NCBI RefSeq assembly: GCF_009914755.1
Contig: NC_060930.1
Direction: 5' to 3' (one strand)
Source: the human T2T-CHM13v2.0 reference genome, Homo sapiens
DNA length: 64,000 bases
Position numbers and translations under genes: made by a program. Each line of letters opens with the position of its first letter. Position 1 is the first letter of the stretch. Positions 43,513 to 64,000 of this stretch are shown piece by piece. The notes below the pieces were generated by a model. That model was given only the letters and a program-made list of their open reading frames with translations, searched no databases and had not been told where the DNA came from.

Positions 43513-44038
43513 TAAAATAAAATGATGACAAGTTTCTCACCTTATTCTGTAAGGCTAGCATGATCTTCATACCTTAATTGGACAAGGGTAGTAGAAAAAA
43601 GGAAAACCACAAGCCAAACTCAGTTATGAACATAGATACAAAAAACCTAAATAACAAAATTCTGACACATGTTAAAATGAGGGATATATCATGGCTAAGT
43701 AAGACCTAGCTCAGTAATTGAAGGATGGCTTGCAATAAAAAAATCTCTTAATGCATTTTGGAAGAAAAATCCCTATTACATCCATTCCTTATCTGAAACA
43801 ACAGCAGTGGCAACAAAACTAAAACATTATTACTAAGCTATGGCTAGAAAGACCATTCTTCAACTTAAGTATATGCATCAGAGACTACATATATATACAC
43901 ACCATTTTAATATGAAACACTATGATCATTCTTGCTTAAATAAGAAACAAGACTTGGATGCTCTCTCTATATAAACACAGACACAGACACACACACATTG
44001 CTATTCGTTCTGTTCCTTTGTAGAACCTTGATAAATAC
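43059..44038 (+). mobile_element. MLT2 solo LTR split by an L1 ORF2 block
   Basis: 5' part tgtgacggttaattttatgtg...gattaacatttaaatcagtagac..aagcagattac runs to the (CT)n(AT)n tract. 3' part ctattcgttctgttcctttgtagaaccttgataaatac at about 43960-44038. Confidence 0.75.
43419..43513. repeat. (CT)n(AT)n compound microsatellite
   Basis: Directly visible, at the usual microsatellite position inside MLT2. Confidence 0.95.
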
Positions 44039-44427
44039 TGTATTAGTCCATTTTCATACTGCTGTAAAGAACTGCCCAAGACTGGATAATTTACAAAGGA
44101 AACAAGCTTAATTGACTCACAGTTCAGCATGGCTGGGGAGGCTTCAGGAAACTTAATATCATGGCGGAAGGTGAAGGAGAAAGCAAGGCACCTTTTTCAC
44201 AAGGCAGCTGGAAGGAGAAGTGTCGAGTGAAGTAGGAAGACTCCCTTATAAAACCACCAGATCTTGTGAGAACTCACTCCTGATCACAAGAACAACATGG
44301 GGAAAACCATCCCCATGATTCAATTACCTCCACCTGGTCTCTCCCTTGACAGGTGGGGATTATGAGGATTATGAGAATTAAAATTCAAGATGAGATTTGG
44401 GTGGGGACACAAAGCCTGACCATATTA
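44039..44427 (-). mobile_element. THE1C/D-type MaLR solo LTR
   Basis: tgtattagtccattttcatactgct...gagatttgggtggggacacaaagcctgaccatatta. 5-bp TSD aatac at 44034-44038 and 44428-44432. Confidence 0.9.
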
Positions 44428-44750
44428 AATACATTGAAATTTAGTCGATATCTGTGGAACACAATATTTCTGAAGGGACTATTACCCAACCGAAGTCTAG
44501 ACTGATTAGCACCAGGCTGGAAACAGCTGAGTCCAACCAACATCAGAAACTGTTTTGTTGTATCCCTACATTTTAATAGATACATACACACAAAAACATT
44601 GCGCACAATCTTAAACAATCACTGTTAACGTCTCAGTGTAATTTATTTACGTCTTTTTTGTATACACGTTTTTAACATGTTGAAGGCACATTATTCACAC
44701 AATTTTGTAACTTGCTTTAAAATGACTTTTATTACTTTTATATATTCTTT

Positions 44751-45549
44751 TTTATAAATAATTTGTTACATCTATTCTTTTTTTGTAAATAATTTTAACT
44801 TTTCAATTCAGAGGGTACATGTGCAGGTTTGTTACAAGAATATATTGCATGATGCTGAGGTTTGGGGTACAAATGATCCCATCACCCAGGTAATGAGCAT
44901 GGTATTCAATAGGTAGGTTTTCAACCCTTTCCCTCCCAACCTCCGCCCTCTATCTGTCCCCAGTGTCTATTGTTGCCATCTGTATGTCCATGAGTAACCA
45001 ATGTTTAGCTCCCACCTATAAGTGAGAACATGTGGTATCTGGTTTTCTGTTCCTGTGCTAATTCACTTAGGGTAATGGCCTCCAGCTGCAGCCATGTTGC
45101 TGCAAAAGACATCATTTCATTCTTTTTAACGGCTGCATAGTATCCCATGGTGTATATTACCACATTTTCTTTTTTCCAATCTAACTTTCAAGCTGAGAGT
45201 CAAATCAAGAACTCAGTCCTCTTTATAATAACCAAGAAATATATAAAATACTTAGGAATACATCTAACCAAGGAGGTGAAAGATCTCTACAAAAAGAATT
45301 ACAAAACACTGCTGAGAAAAATAATAGATGACACAAACAAATAGAAAAACATTTCCTGCTCATGGTTTGGAAGAATCAACACCATTAAAAATGGCCAGAA
45401 TGCCCAAAGCTATCTATAGATTCAACACTCTTTCAATCAAATTACTAGCATCATTTTTTTTACAGAAATAGAAAAATACTACTGTAAAATTCATATGGAA
45501 CCAAAAATTTAAAAAAGCCCCAATAGCCAGGGCAATCCTAAACAAAAAG
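44751..45549 (-). mobile_element. 5'-inverted (twin-primed) L1, L1PB/old L1PA type
   Basis: Minus-strand 3' UTR at 44751-~45180 joined to a plus-strand ORF2 piece (~45181-45549). Exact 15-bp TSD ttttatatattcttt at 44736-44750 and 45550-45564. Confidence 0.85.
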
Positions 45550-46316
45550 TTTTATATATTCTTTACTAAAAATCAGAAAATATAGAAAAGGAAAAGGAAC
45601 TTTGAAAGCCATCATAATTCCACTGTCCAGAGGAACCATTATTTACGCTTTTGGGTGTAAACTCCAGATTTTTTTTCCTCTTTCAATTGCAACTTTAAAA
45701 CATCTCTAGTTGTCATAAAATTAAAAAAAAATACCTAAATCCCACATTTCTCCTCTCAGACAAATTGTGTGATATGGCAAAAGAGGGTCTAGTTGGCTCT
45801 CCCAACCCTCTCTGGGTGTCAGTATGGTGTCCACACTGAGTTAAGAAGCACTGGGCCCCTCATGGAGACTGCTGGGGAGAAATGAGGTTTTAGCATGGAC
45901 CTCTAGATTGGAGGCCATGTGCAAGATGGAATAAAGACTTAGAGTGGTCTGCAGAGCCACTGAGAATCCAGCAAGGAAGTAATTAGGTCATTATAATCCT
46001 ACCCTGTTCTCTATAAACATAAAAGAAGTGAAAAGAAGAGGGAAACTGAGAGATTGAGTGGAAAAGACTGGGTTAAACCTGAGTTTATATTATTGGATAA
46101 GACTAAATTTTAATCTGGATTGGGTTAACATTAGATTGCTCACCACTCCATCTCCAGTGAGTAGGTGAGATCTCTTGTAAAGGAAATCAGAGAAATTTTA
46201 ACAAATAATTAACTACATTTCTATGGACATCTGAGTTGAAGAAAATTTTCCAGTGACTATCCATTTATAATAAAATTTTTACTGTTAAAGGAAAAATTTT
46301 AAAAGGAGTGTAATTG

Positions 46317-46770
46317 TGAATGGGTGGCAAAATTTTATTTAACTCATTAATTAATGAGGGAATCAATAAAATGTTACAACTCATTTCAAAGGAGTATTCA
46401 AAGAGAAAACAAATATATAGACATGCTAAGACTTGAAAAATGAATACAAACTGGCAAATTAGGTCAATATCTATAGGGCAGTAATCAGTTGTATTCCCCT
46501 AGACAATATTTGCATTTCTATAAACAAAGTCATTTGCATTATTATCAGCTTTCTAGTTTTCTACAATTTACAGACTTGCAAAGTAGCTCAAAGCCCACAA
46601 AAGGCTGCAAAACCCCGAAGAGTACACTGGGCAGGACACCCAATATATTTTTGTCTACGTACACTAAAAAACAACCCTATGTCCCCCACCAAACCCCACC
46701 TTCCAAGAGTATATTGGAATGGGAAAGTTTAAAGGTAGAAGTTTGGGCATGCCTGAAATGATCTACATTG
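46317..46770. mobile_element. Possible ERV1 solo LTR relic
   Basis: taactcattaattaatgagggaa..gttacaac motif recalled from ERV1 LTRs. Family not established. Confidence 0.35.
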
Positions 46771-46811
46771 TAAAATTGGGAGGCATTTAAAGTTAGGAAT
46801 AGGGGGCAGGA

Positions 46812-47254
46812 TTAGTAGGCAGAATATTGGTCCCCTAAACATGTCCATGTGCGAATTCCCAGAACCTATGAATATGTTACATTATGTGGCAAAGAGGTAT
46901 TTAAGATAGTAGATGAAACTAAGGTTGCTAATCAGCTGATCTTAAAATAGCGAGATTGGTTTGGACTCTTGGGATAGACCCAAGGGTTCATAAATGTGGA
47001 AAAAGGAGTCAAAAGAGGAGGTCAACAATGTGAAGTGAGAACTCTACGCACTGTTGCTAGCTTTGAAGATGGATGCCAAAGGCCAAGGAGGCAGCCTCTA
47101 GAAGCTGGAAGGGGCAAGGAAATGGATCCTCCCCTAGAGAATCCTCCAGAAAGGAATGCAGCCCCACCAACTCCTTGATTTTATCCCAGTGAAACCCATT
47201 TCAGATTTCTGAACTACAGAACTTTAAGATAATAAATCTGTATTGTTTTAAGCC
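46812..47254 (+). mobile_element. MLT1D-like LTR (3'-truncated)
   Basis: gtaggcagaata..cccctaaa, gaatatgttac..tggcaaa, gctggaaggggcaaggaaatggat, aataaatctgtattgttttaagcc. Confidence 0.8.
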
Positions 47255-47489
47255 TCTGATCCTCCTTGCTCTTTCATGTATAAGGACCCTACATAAGGGA
47301 TCCTACTTATATAAGTCCTTACATTGGGCCTGTGTAAGTAATCCAGGATAATCTCCCCACATCAAGATCCCTAATTTACTCACAGCTGCAAAGTCACTTT
47401 TGTTATGTAAGGTTACATATTCACAGGTTCTAGGGATTAGGATGCAGGATGTGGTACATCGTTGAAGGATCATTATTCTGCCTATCACA
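47255..47489 (-). mobile_element. MLT1D-like LTR 5' fragment
   Basis: aatccaggataatctccccac..atctcaagatcc-type motif, aaggttacatattcacaggttctaggg, cattattctgcctatcaca. Confidence 0.75.
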
Positions 47490-48019
47490 GAACTTCTGAT
47501 TCTATTTCAACATTTTTTCTTGTACTTTTGTGCTCTTGCTTTCACATAATACCTTGAGAGAATTGCTTAGTCTTTCAATTCACTAACTTGATCTTTTATG
47601 TTCATTCTGTTAGATAATCTGTTTTTAATTTCAGTAATCATGTTTTAATCAAGAACTCCAATCTGTGTGTAGTATGTGTGAACACAACCCCTTGTATCTC
47701 TGAAAATAGGATTTTCAGAGATATTTGTTTGGCTATTTTATTCTATTTTCTATGTTAACTCTGTTTTCTTGGGAGTTAAATCTCTTTGTTGGAATTTATG
47801 TTTTCTTTGCGCTAGGTTTTTCTCAAATACTTGTTGACTCTTTCATTTCCAGACTGCTTTCAGATGAATGTTTAAATAACATAGTATTTACCTTTAGAGT
47901 ACATTTCATTTCTTCAAAGTGAAGCTTTTCATTTCTATGGTTGGAATAAAGGTTCTGCTTTTAGGAGCACTGGTGACTGTAAGCAGGGTGTGAGAAAAGC
48001 TTCAGTCTCAGGAGGTGAT

Positions 48020-48285
48020 GGTTAAAGCTGTGCAATGGAACATAGCAATTAAGGGGGGCTCCAATACCACATCAACTGGAGTCAAGTCCTGGCTGTGCCG
48101 TACACAGCATATACAGGAAAATTTACCTAACCCGTTTGTGCTCCAGTTTCCCTGTCTTTACAATTGTGATGAGTAGTACTTACCTGCATAAGTTTGTTAT
48201 GAGGAGTAAATGAATCAGTACATCTAAAGCTATGAGAACAGCACCTGGCATATAGTAAGATTTCAATACATGTTAGCTATTTTTT
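48020..48285. mobile_element. MIR
   Basis: ggagtcaagtcctggct..atttacctaac..cagtttccc..gttatgagga..agcacctggcatatagtaag. Confidence 0.65.
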
Positions 48286-48873
48286 TAAATGTTCGATTTA
48301 TAAACATGTGCACTAGTGATTTTATTTTTCAGCAAACTCTAGAGTCAGCTGGTCCTAGCCTTTTTTTCTGCCAACCAGCTGCTGGCTGCTGTTTCTCTTA
48401 GTCTACACTATCTCTGCTCTTGAAATTATGATTCTCTCACCTCTGACTTTCTCCCATTTCTACTCTCCAAAAGAAGTTAACAGTTTGATTCCCAGTCTAC
48501 CATAATGTTTCTATTTATACACAAGTATATATAATGCATAATATATAGTGAACTATACATAAAATTCTCTCCTTTTTTCAAACATAAACTAATTTATCTG
48601 CAACTTCTTTTTTTCAATCGTTATATTTTAGACATGTTTTTATGTAAATATGGATATATGAGTTTTCTTAAAGGGAAAAAGAGAAAATGATTAATAATTT
48701 TATAAATGTTACTAGGATAATAGGTTACATTTTTGGGGAAAAAAATAAAGCTAATTAAAGAATTAGATATAAAATGCCAAATATTATCCAAAGAAAAATA
48801 GAAGTAAATATCAAAGAAAAAATTCATTTTGGGCAATAATTGATTTGATTATATAACATAAAAGAGTTCTTCA

Positions 48874-54624
<5,751 letters not shown>

Positions 54625-54912
54625 AAAAGAGTTCTTCAACAAATTGGACTATATCCACATTTTAGAGCCCTCTCCTTCTTCCCAGATCCCATGAAATGAC
54701 AGTATAAACTTTAAAAATAAAACACGTAGCAACTCTGGAAATCTAGGAGGACCCCAACTGCAGGCCAGGACAGCGAGGGTTTCTGGAAAACAGAAAGCAG
54801 AGGCAAACAGATCACCGATGAGACAACAGCACTGAGGGACTCATACAGAAGCAAAAGCAGTTCCTCCAAAAGTGAATTTCCTCAGGAGAATTGCAAAAGA
54901 ATTTTACAACAG

Positions 54913-57065
<2,153 letters not shown>

Positions 57066-57994
57066 TAAGTCCCAGAACCATAAAGGCTTGCCCTGGGTAG
57101 TGGATAACCCCAGTTTGTATCAGGTACATTTCTAAATAAATATTTTATTCCCATGTACTTATTTTGAGGGAAATACAATGAAGCAGAATTTTAATGGTGC
57201 AAGGTGTGGTGAGAGAGAGTGGGGGCGGGGAGAGAGAGAGAAAATGAAGAGAATGAGATGAGGCTATTTAAAGGTTGCAAAACATATGTACCTCTATCTA
57301 GAAAAATATATTATGGAAGCTGCCTTTTTTTGTTCTGGAAAAAAATTTAACGGCTCATTTCAATTATATGAATGAAATGGGGATCATTTTTTTGTGAAGG
57401 AAAGGTGTTAAGGTATCATTTCCCTCTTAGGCTTATAAGGCATGGAACTTTAGCTCTGAAGGCAGGTGGTGCCTGGTTTTCTGCCTTAAAAATATTACTC
57501 TTGAAGGTTTCTGGTGATGAATAAGTTGCTCAAATTTGCATAAAGGCCAAGGAGACTTTGGGGAGAAATGGGAAGGAGAACCTGAGGCTTTGAGTTTCAA
57601 TGTCACTACAATGTCTGGTTGCTGAGGTGTCCTAGTTTAAGACCTGTTGGCAGTAAGAACCACAGAAGACACTTAGGGGAACCCTTCTGGAAGAGAAAAA
57701 GCTGGAACTGGTGCCTGGCACTCATACCAGAGCCTGGGGTGATGTGGGAAACACTGCATCAGACCACAGCTCATGTGCAATAATCTAAGCATCTTAGGTG
57801 AGGGCTGTGCATGCTTCCTGCATTTGTCCATGATTAAACTCCACCACTGTCACTGAAGAGTTGTACCTGAGAAGCCCAGGTCTATCATCTTATGGCACAA
57901 CCATAAACTGGACAGAGAGGCAGGAGACTGCTTCTTCCTTCCGCAGAGTGGAGGAGCTGCTCTCAGAGCAGCAGTGAGAGTGTGGGAAAGGGCC

Positions 57995-58171
57995 AATTCA
58001 GGTGTTGTTGGACCTGAATTTATAACATATTAGGTTCCTTCTTTAAAAATAAAAGAATACAAAATTCAGAATATAAAGTTGCTAGGGCCCATTCCAGGGA
58101 CATGAAGGGGCCCTTGCTGTTGAGGGGCCCTGAAGCTTCAACTTAGTTCGTTTCAGATAGGCAGGCCTCTG
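57995..58171. mobile_element. hAT-type DNA transposon relic
   Basis: gggccctgaagcttcaacttag...gcctctg terminus-like motif. Family uncertain. Confidence 0.35.
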
Positions 58172-58699
58172 AGAGGCTTCTCTCTCCATGGTGGAGGCCT
58201 GCCCAGGGTGCATAACGGTTAATGCTTTCTAGAGTAGTGCGGTGTGGCAGAGAAGGGGGCCTCGGGTAGATTAATGAGGTGCTTTCATTTTTCTCTCAGT
58301 GAAGTTTAGCAAGAAGGACAGATCCCTAGAACTCAGTAGTGAGGAGGGAAAATAGACATTCTTGTCATAAGGAGGATGGGAAGGTGCTCAGTCATAACAT
58401 TCTGAATGTTAGAAGTTTCCTGTGCTCTAAGCTGGTAAAGCAGGACACACCTATCCATTATATCTTAATGCCTCTGAAGTTAATTATATACTTAATGAAT
58501 AATGGAAATCAATTGAATTATTGTAACAGCAATCCGTCATTAGTATAAATGTGTTTCCACAATTTTTTTAAAGTGTTACTCTTTCTAATATATTATGGAC
58601 ACTCCTTTTATTTCAGCTGTTGCCTTCATGTGGATGACGTGATTTGCAGCTGAGTGCAGGTCAGCTCCATCGAGTGTGCTCATCTTCTCAAGGCATTAT

Positions 58700-59100
58700 C
58701 TCCTTCTCTTTTCTTCCATTTTCTGGTTAATGTAGTCAACACACATCCCACCATCTATCCAAGGCACTGTAAAATAATGAATTCTCTTCCTAGCTTCACC
58801 TTATTCCTTTTTACTTTCCTTAGCCGAGGAGTTACTGAGTTCAATTGAATTTATCTCCTAATGTCTTTTCTATTCATTATCTCCTTGTAATTCAATGTCA
58901 CTTTTGGATTCTAGACTCTTCTCTCATTTCTAGAATATTGCAGTATCTTCCAACTCTTTATTCTGATTTTTCCCTTCCAATAATTTTTCTATAATGCTGC
59001 CAGAAGGGGCCCTTCTAAAGCACAAATAGACCATGTCACCAAGTGCACAAAAACCTTCGTTGGTTCCTTATTCCCTAAAACAAGCTCTGATCCATCAAAG
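58700..59100. mobile_element. L2 fragment
   Basis: ttctagactcttctctc..tattgcagtatcttccaact..tgctgccaga..ttctaaagcacaaatagaccatgtcac. Confidence 0.5.
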
Positions 59101-60616
59101 CACTATGGAAACACAGCCATTATTGTTGGCAGAGTTTTACTTTTGTTTAATACATTCTGAATGCCTACAGGAAAAATGTCTGAGTTGTAGGTGGAATTCC
59201 AAGACCATTTATTTTATTTCTTTCTCTTCTTTCATGTACTCTACATGCAAATACCATTAATTATTTCTTAATTCATTGCTTTCCTTTCTGGTTCTCAGCT
59301 CTGTTCTGTTTTTATTCTTTTTCCAGGAGTCTTACCTCTCATTCTAATAGTATTTAGCTTCTAAGTGCTCTTCTCAGGTTTTGTTTTTCATTTTTAAAAA
59401 AAGCCTAGTTCTTTATATTAGCCACCCTCTCATTCCATTTCTTTTTGAATGACCTTTCTGTTCCAGAGAGCCATTGGCAATCTGAGTCCCATGAAAATAA
59501 GAGGTGGTTTTGGACATGGGGTAGACACTGCTTGTAACTATCTTAAAAAATGAAATAAGCGGTGACCTATTTTCTGAGTTGTAAGTGATTTTTAAATTGC
59601 TCATGAAAATAGAAGAGTCTCGGCAGAGAAACCCGATTACTTCGAGTGCATAATGGTGAGAAAGCTTTTGTCTCATGGGATAGTTATCATATGGGATTAT
59701 AATTCAGCTGTAGTTACTAGTGATCTGTGTAGTGAAATGCAGTTTGAAAACTTCAGTTCATTTTCCAATAGAGAAATGTCAGAATTTAAGCAGGCCCCAA
59801 AGGGCTATAAGAAGCTGTGTCTTCTAAAAGAAAATGGGTTGAATGGGCATAACTGGCTTGGTCCTAGTTACCAACAGAATCACTTTCTTGAAGCCTGGTG
59901 TGACTTTTCATTTCCCCAATGTACATGCTGTATGTGGAGCTTATAGAATACTCACCAAGATTCAAGTGAACAAGCTAAGGGGGCAGGAAAAAGAAGAGAT
60001 GTTCTGACCTAATAGATAAATAAATAAATATTTTAAACCTGCCTTGTTTAGATGCTGTCATAATTAATTTTAATGGTCTAATGAATACTTTCTTAATTTT
60101 TGTTTTAGGGATATATTGGTTGTATACAAATGAAAAAGCGAAATTACTCAAAATCTTCTTTCCCTCTCTTAATTGCTTTACAGGACATAAAAATTCAGAG
60201 AATTGGCAGCATTTTAATTCAACCCACACAATCCAGTTTTAATTTTAATTAAGCCCCAAAATATTTTCGAAAGCCTACTATATGCAAAGTATTATATGCA
60301 GTGCTGAAAAGAATGCAAAGCTATTACAAGGCTCTTGTGAGGAAAAAAGAAAAAATGAGAAAATGTATGTAGGCATTGTTTGTAAACTATATAATATTTA
60401 AATTTCAGTTGTAATAATTATTATCATTATTATTAAACAGACATCCTGTCTCCTGGAACTCACAATCTTTTGGGGGATATAGATATCCAAGTGATTAGTA
60501 CTGGGAAGGCTGAAATGAGCATACACCAAATTTTATGAGAATCAGAAACGAGAACAAAGTTAATTCTATTTGGAAAAATCTGGAAGGTCTTCTTAGATGA
60601 GAGAGTGTATAGATTA

Positions 60617-62632
60617 CCGTCGAACCTGGAACAACGCAGGGTTACGAGTGCCAGCCCCCTGTGCAGTCAAAAATTCACGTACAACTTTTGAATTCCCAAA
60701 AACTTCTAATAGCCTACTGTTGACTACAAGCCTTACCATTAACATAAATAGTTGATTGAGACATATTTTTGTGCTATATGTATTATATACTATATTCTTA
60801 CAATAAAATAAGCTAGAGAAAAGAGAATGTTATTAAGAGAATCAAAAGGAAAACAAAAATATGTTTACATTTATTTAGTGGATATGGATCATCATAAAGG
60901 CCTTCATCCTTGTCATCATGTTGACTAGGCTGAAAAGGAGGAAGAGAAGGAGAGGTTGATCGCACTGTCTCAGTAGTGGTAGAGGTGGAAGACATGAAGG
61001 AGGTGAAAGAGGAGGCAGGAGAAGCAGGTCACACTCAGTGTAACTACAGAAATCCTTTGTAATTTCTGTCTAAATTTTTTGTTTTCTAATTTCTCTAAAA
61101 ATGTCTCTATCTGGTACCAATCCTTCTTCAACCATTTATTTCAGTCTCAGTGCCTCTATCATAGAAGGGTCTAGGCTGTAAAGGAAGTCAAAAGCAGTCT
61201 TGAATAATCAGAACAGTTCTGCCAGATTGTCTAATGTCAATTTATTTCCTGGCATTGCTCCTTCTATATCTTCTTCCTCATAATCTGTCACAGGTTTGGA
61301 AACACTCATCTCCATCAAATCATCTTTTAATTCTAGTCTGATATCTATTAGCTTTCGATTTTCTCCAAGATCTGTATCTAGAAACCCATTCCCCCAATCT
61401 TTTTTTGTCATATCCACAATCACTTTCATGATTTCCTTGATTGGCTCTGTGATAAATCCTGTGAAGTCATGTACAACATCTGGACGCAGTTTTCTTCACC
61501 AGGAATTTATTGTTTCAGGCTTGATGGTTTTCATGTTTTTTTCTATAATAACAATGGCATCCTCAATGGTGTAATCTTTCCAAACTTTCATGATGTTCTC
61601 CATGTCAGGGTTCTCTTCCACAGTGTTGATAATCCTTTCCCCATAGAGTACTGTGTGTAATGAGCCTTAAAGGTCCTTATGACCCCCTGGATTTAGAGAT
61701 GTTGTGTTTGGGGGGTGAGTAGACCCCTTTGATGCCTTTGGCCTTGAACTCATGGGGTTCTGGGTTACCAGGGGCATTGTTCAATTTGTCCACTATCAAA
61801 AGAACGTTAAAAGGCTGTCTCCTACTGGCAAGGTGCTTCTTTACTTCAGGAAAAAACACCAGTGGAACCAGTCCAGAAAAAGATTCTCAGTGTGCAGGCT
61901 TTATTGTTGTACAAACAAAAGACTAGCAGCTGATGTTTATCTTTTCCCTTCAAATCTTGGGGGTTAGCAGCTTTATAGGTAAAGGCAGTCCTTATCATAA
62001 ACCTGACTGCATTTGTATAAAACAGTAGAGTTAGCCTATCAATTCCTGCCTTCAATCCTGGCACTCACTTCTCTTCCTTACTAATTAATGTCATTCATGG
62101 CATTTTTTCAAAATAGGGCACTTTGGTCTGCATTAAAAATGGGTTCAAGCAAATACCTTTTCTCTTTAATGATTTTCTTAATGGTGTCTGGGGACTCATT
62201 TGCAGCCTCTTGTTCAGCAGAAGTTGCTTCTCCTGTTATCTTCACATTTTTAAAGCCAAACCTCTTTTTTAAATTATCAAACCATCCCTTGCTGACATTA
62301 AAGTCTCTAGATTTAGATCCTTCACTTTATTTTCCCTTTTTCTCATATAATGACCTCATTTTGTCTTGAATCATATTTGAGCCAATAGGTATGCCTTTCT
62401 TATAACAATGCTGCACCCACATAAAAGCTGCATTTTCAATATGAGATAAAAAATGCTTCACAAAAAGTGCAAAGTTTTTATCCTGTTGGCATAGCTGCAG
62501 TGACAGTTTCACAAGTTTTTTTTCTTCTTTTTTTTCTTACAGTGGTTCTTCTGCTAGATTTATCATGAATTGACTGGCAACCACAAAGGCAGACCTTAAT
62601 CTATGGTATCTACATCAAGCAATTCAACTTTC
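60617..62632 (-). mobile_element. Tigger2-like DNA transposon, cut at its right side by an L1 insertion
   Basis: TA|ccgtcgaacctggaacaacgcagggtta terminal motif. Minus-strand transposase fragments (DRLTLLFYTNA, FNVLLIVD..NNAPG, IENAAFMWVQ). Confidence 0.85.
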
Positions 62633-64000
62633 TCTTTTTCTTTTTTTTATTATACTTTAAGTTCTAGGGTACATGTGCACAATGTGCAGGTTTGTTACAT
62701 ATGTATACATGTGCCAGGTTGTTGTGCTGCCCCCATTAATTCGTCATTTACATTAGGTATATTTCCTAATGCTATCCCTCCCCGCTCCTCCCAACCCACA
62801 ACAGGCCCGTGTGTGATGTTCCCTTTCCTGTGTCCAAGTGTTCTCACTGTTCAATTCCCACCTATGAGTGAGAACATGCGGTGTTTGGTTTTTTCTCCTT
62901 GTGATAGTTTGCTGAGAATGATGGTTCCCAGCTTCATCCATGTCCCTACAAAGGACATGAACTCAACCTTTTTTATGGCTGCATAGTATTCCATGGTGTA
63001 TATGTGCCACATTTACTTAATCTACTCTATCACTGATGGACACTTGGGTTGGTTCCTAGTCTTTACTATTGTGAATAGTGCTGCAATAAACATACATGTG
63101 CATGTGTCTTTATAGCAGCATGACTTATAATCCTTTGGGTGTATACCCAGTAATGGGATGGCTGGGTCAAATGGTATTTCTAGTTCTAGATCCCTGAGGA
63201 ATCGCCACACTGTCTTCCACAATGGTTGAACTAGTTTACAGTCCCACCAACAGTGTAAAAGTGTCCCTATTTCTCCACATCCTCTCCAGCACCTGTTGTT
63301 TCCTGACTTTTTAATGATCGCCATTCTAACTGGTGTGAGATGGTATCTCATTGTGGTTTTGATTTGCATTTCTCTGATGGCCAGTGATGATGAGCATTTT
63401 TTCATGTGTCTGTTGGCTGCATAAATTCTTCTTTTGAGAAGTGTCTGCTCATATCCTTCACCCACTTGTTGATGGGGTTGTTTGTTTTTTTCTTGTAAAT
63501 TTGTTTGAGTTCTTTGTAGATTCTGGATATGAGCCCTTTGTCAGATGAGTAGACTGCAAAATTTTCTCCCATTCTGTAGGTTGCCTGTTTACTCTGATGG
63601 TAGTTTCTTTTGTTCTGCAGAAGCTCTTTAGTTTAATTAGATCCCATTTGTCATTTTTGGCTTTTGTTGCCATTGCTTTTGGTGTTTTAAACATGAAGTT
63701 CTTGCCCATGCCTATGTCCTGAATGGCACTGCCTAGGTTTTCTTCTAGGGTTTTTATGGTTTTAGGTCTAACATTTAAGTCTTTAATCCATCTTGAATTA
63801 ATTTTTGTACAAGGTGTAAGGAAGGGATCCAGTTTCAGCTTACCACATATGGCTAGCCAGTTTTCCCAGCACCATTTGTTAAATAGGGAATCCTTTCCCC
63901 ATTTCTTGTTTTTGTCAGGTTTGTCAAAGATCAGATGGTTGTAGATGTGTGGTATTATTTCTGAGGGCTCTGTTCTGTACCATTGGTCTATATCTCTGTT
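62633..64000 (-). mobile_element. L1PA 3' end (continues beyond the window)
   Basis: Poly(T), then tattatactttaagttctagggtacatgtgcac. ORF2 C-terminal ORFs 63022-63465 and 63458-63709. Confidence 0.97.

Overview
Repeat-dominated primate (human-like) genomic DNA with no recognisable functional protein-coding exon. Nearly all ORF-track entries are transposon or pseudogene remnants, or noise. The main elements are: a two-LTR class III provirus of the HERV-S/HERVL18 (LTR18) type on the minus strand (about 9.3-15.2 kb) with a Ser-tRNA PBS, gag, pro, deleted pol and a decayed gamma-type env; a full-length L1PA (minus); a near full-length L1PA (plus); a twin-primed L1; Tigger1 and Tigger2 DNA transposons; seven Alus; many solo LTRs (MER34, MER4, LTR33, MLT1, MLT2, THE1); a Y1 RNA retropseudogene; and processed pseudogenes of DNAJB6 (short isoform) and HMGN2. 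I found no convincing new biological system. The least expected signals are several local templated copy or rearrangement scars, a tiny TSD-flanked retrocopy of an LTR transcript 3' end, a strong minus-strand bias of retroposed insertions, and a provirus env furin site destroyed by CpG decay. Repeat subfamily names come from recall of consensus sequences, not from a database search.
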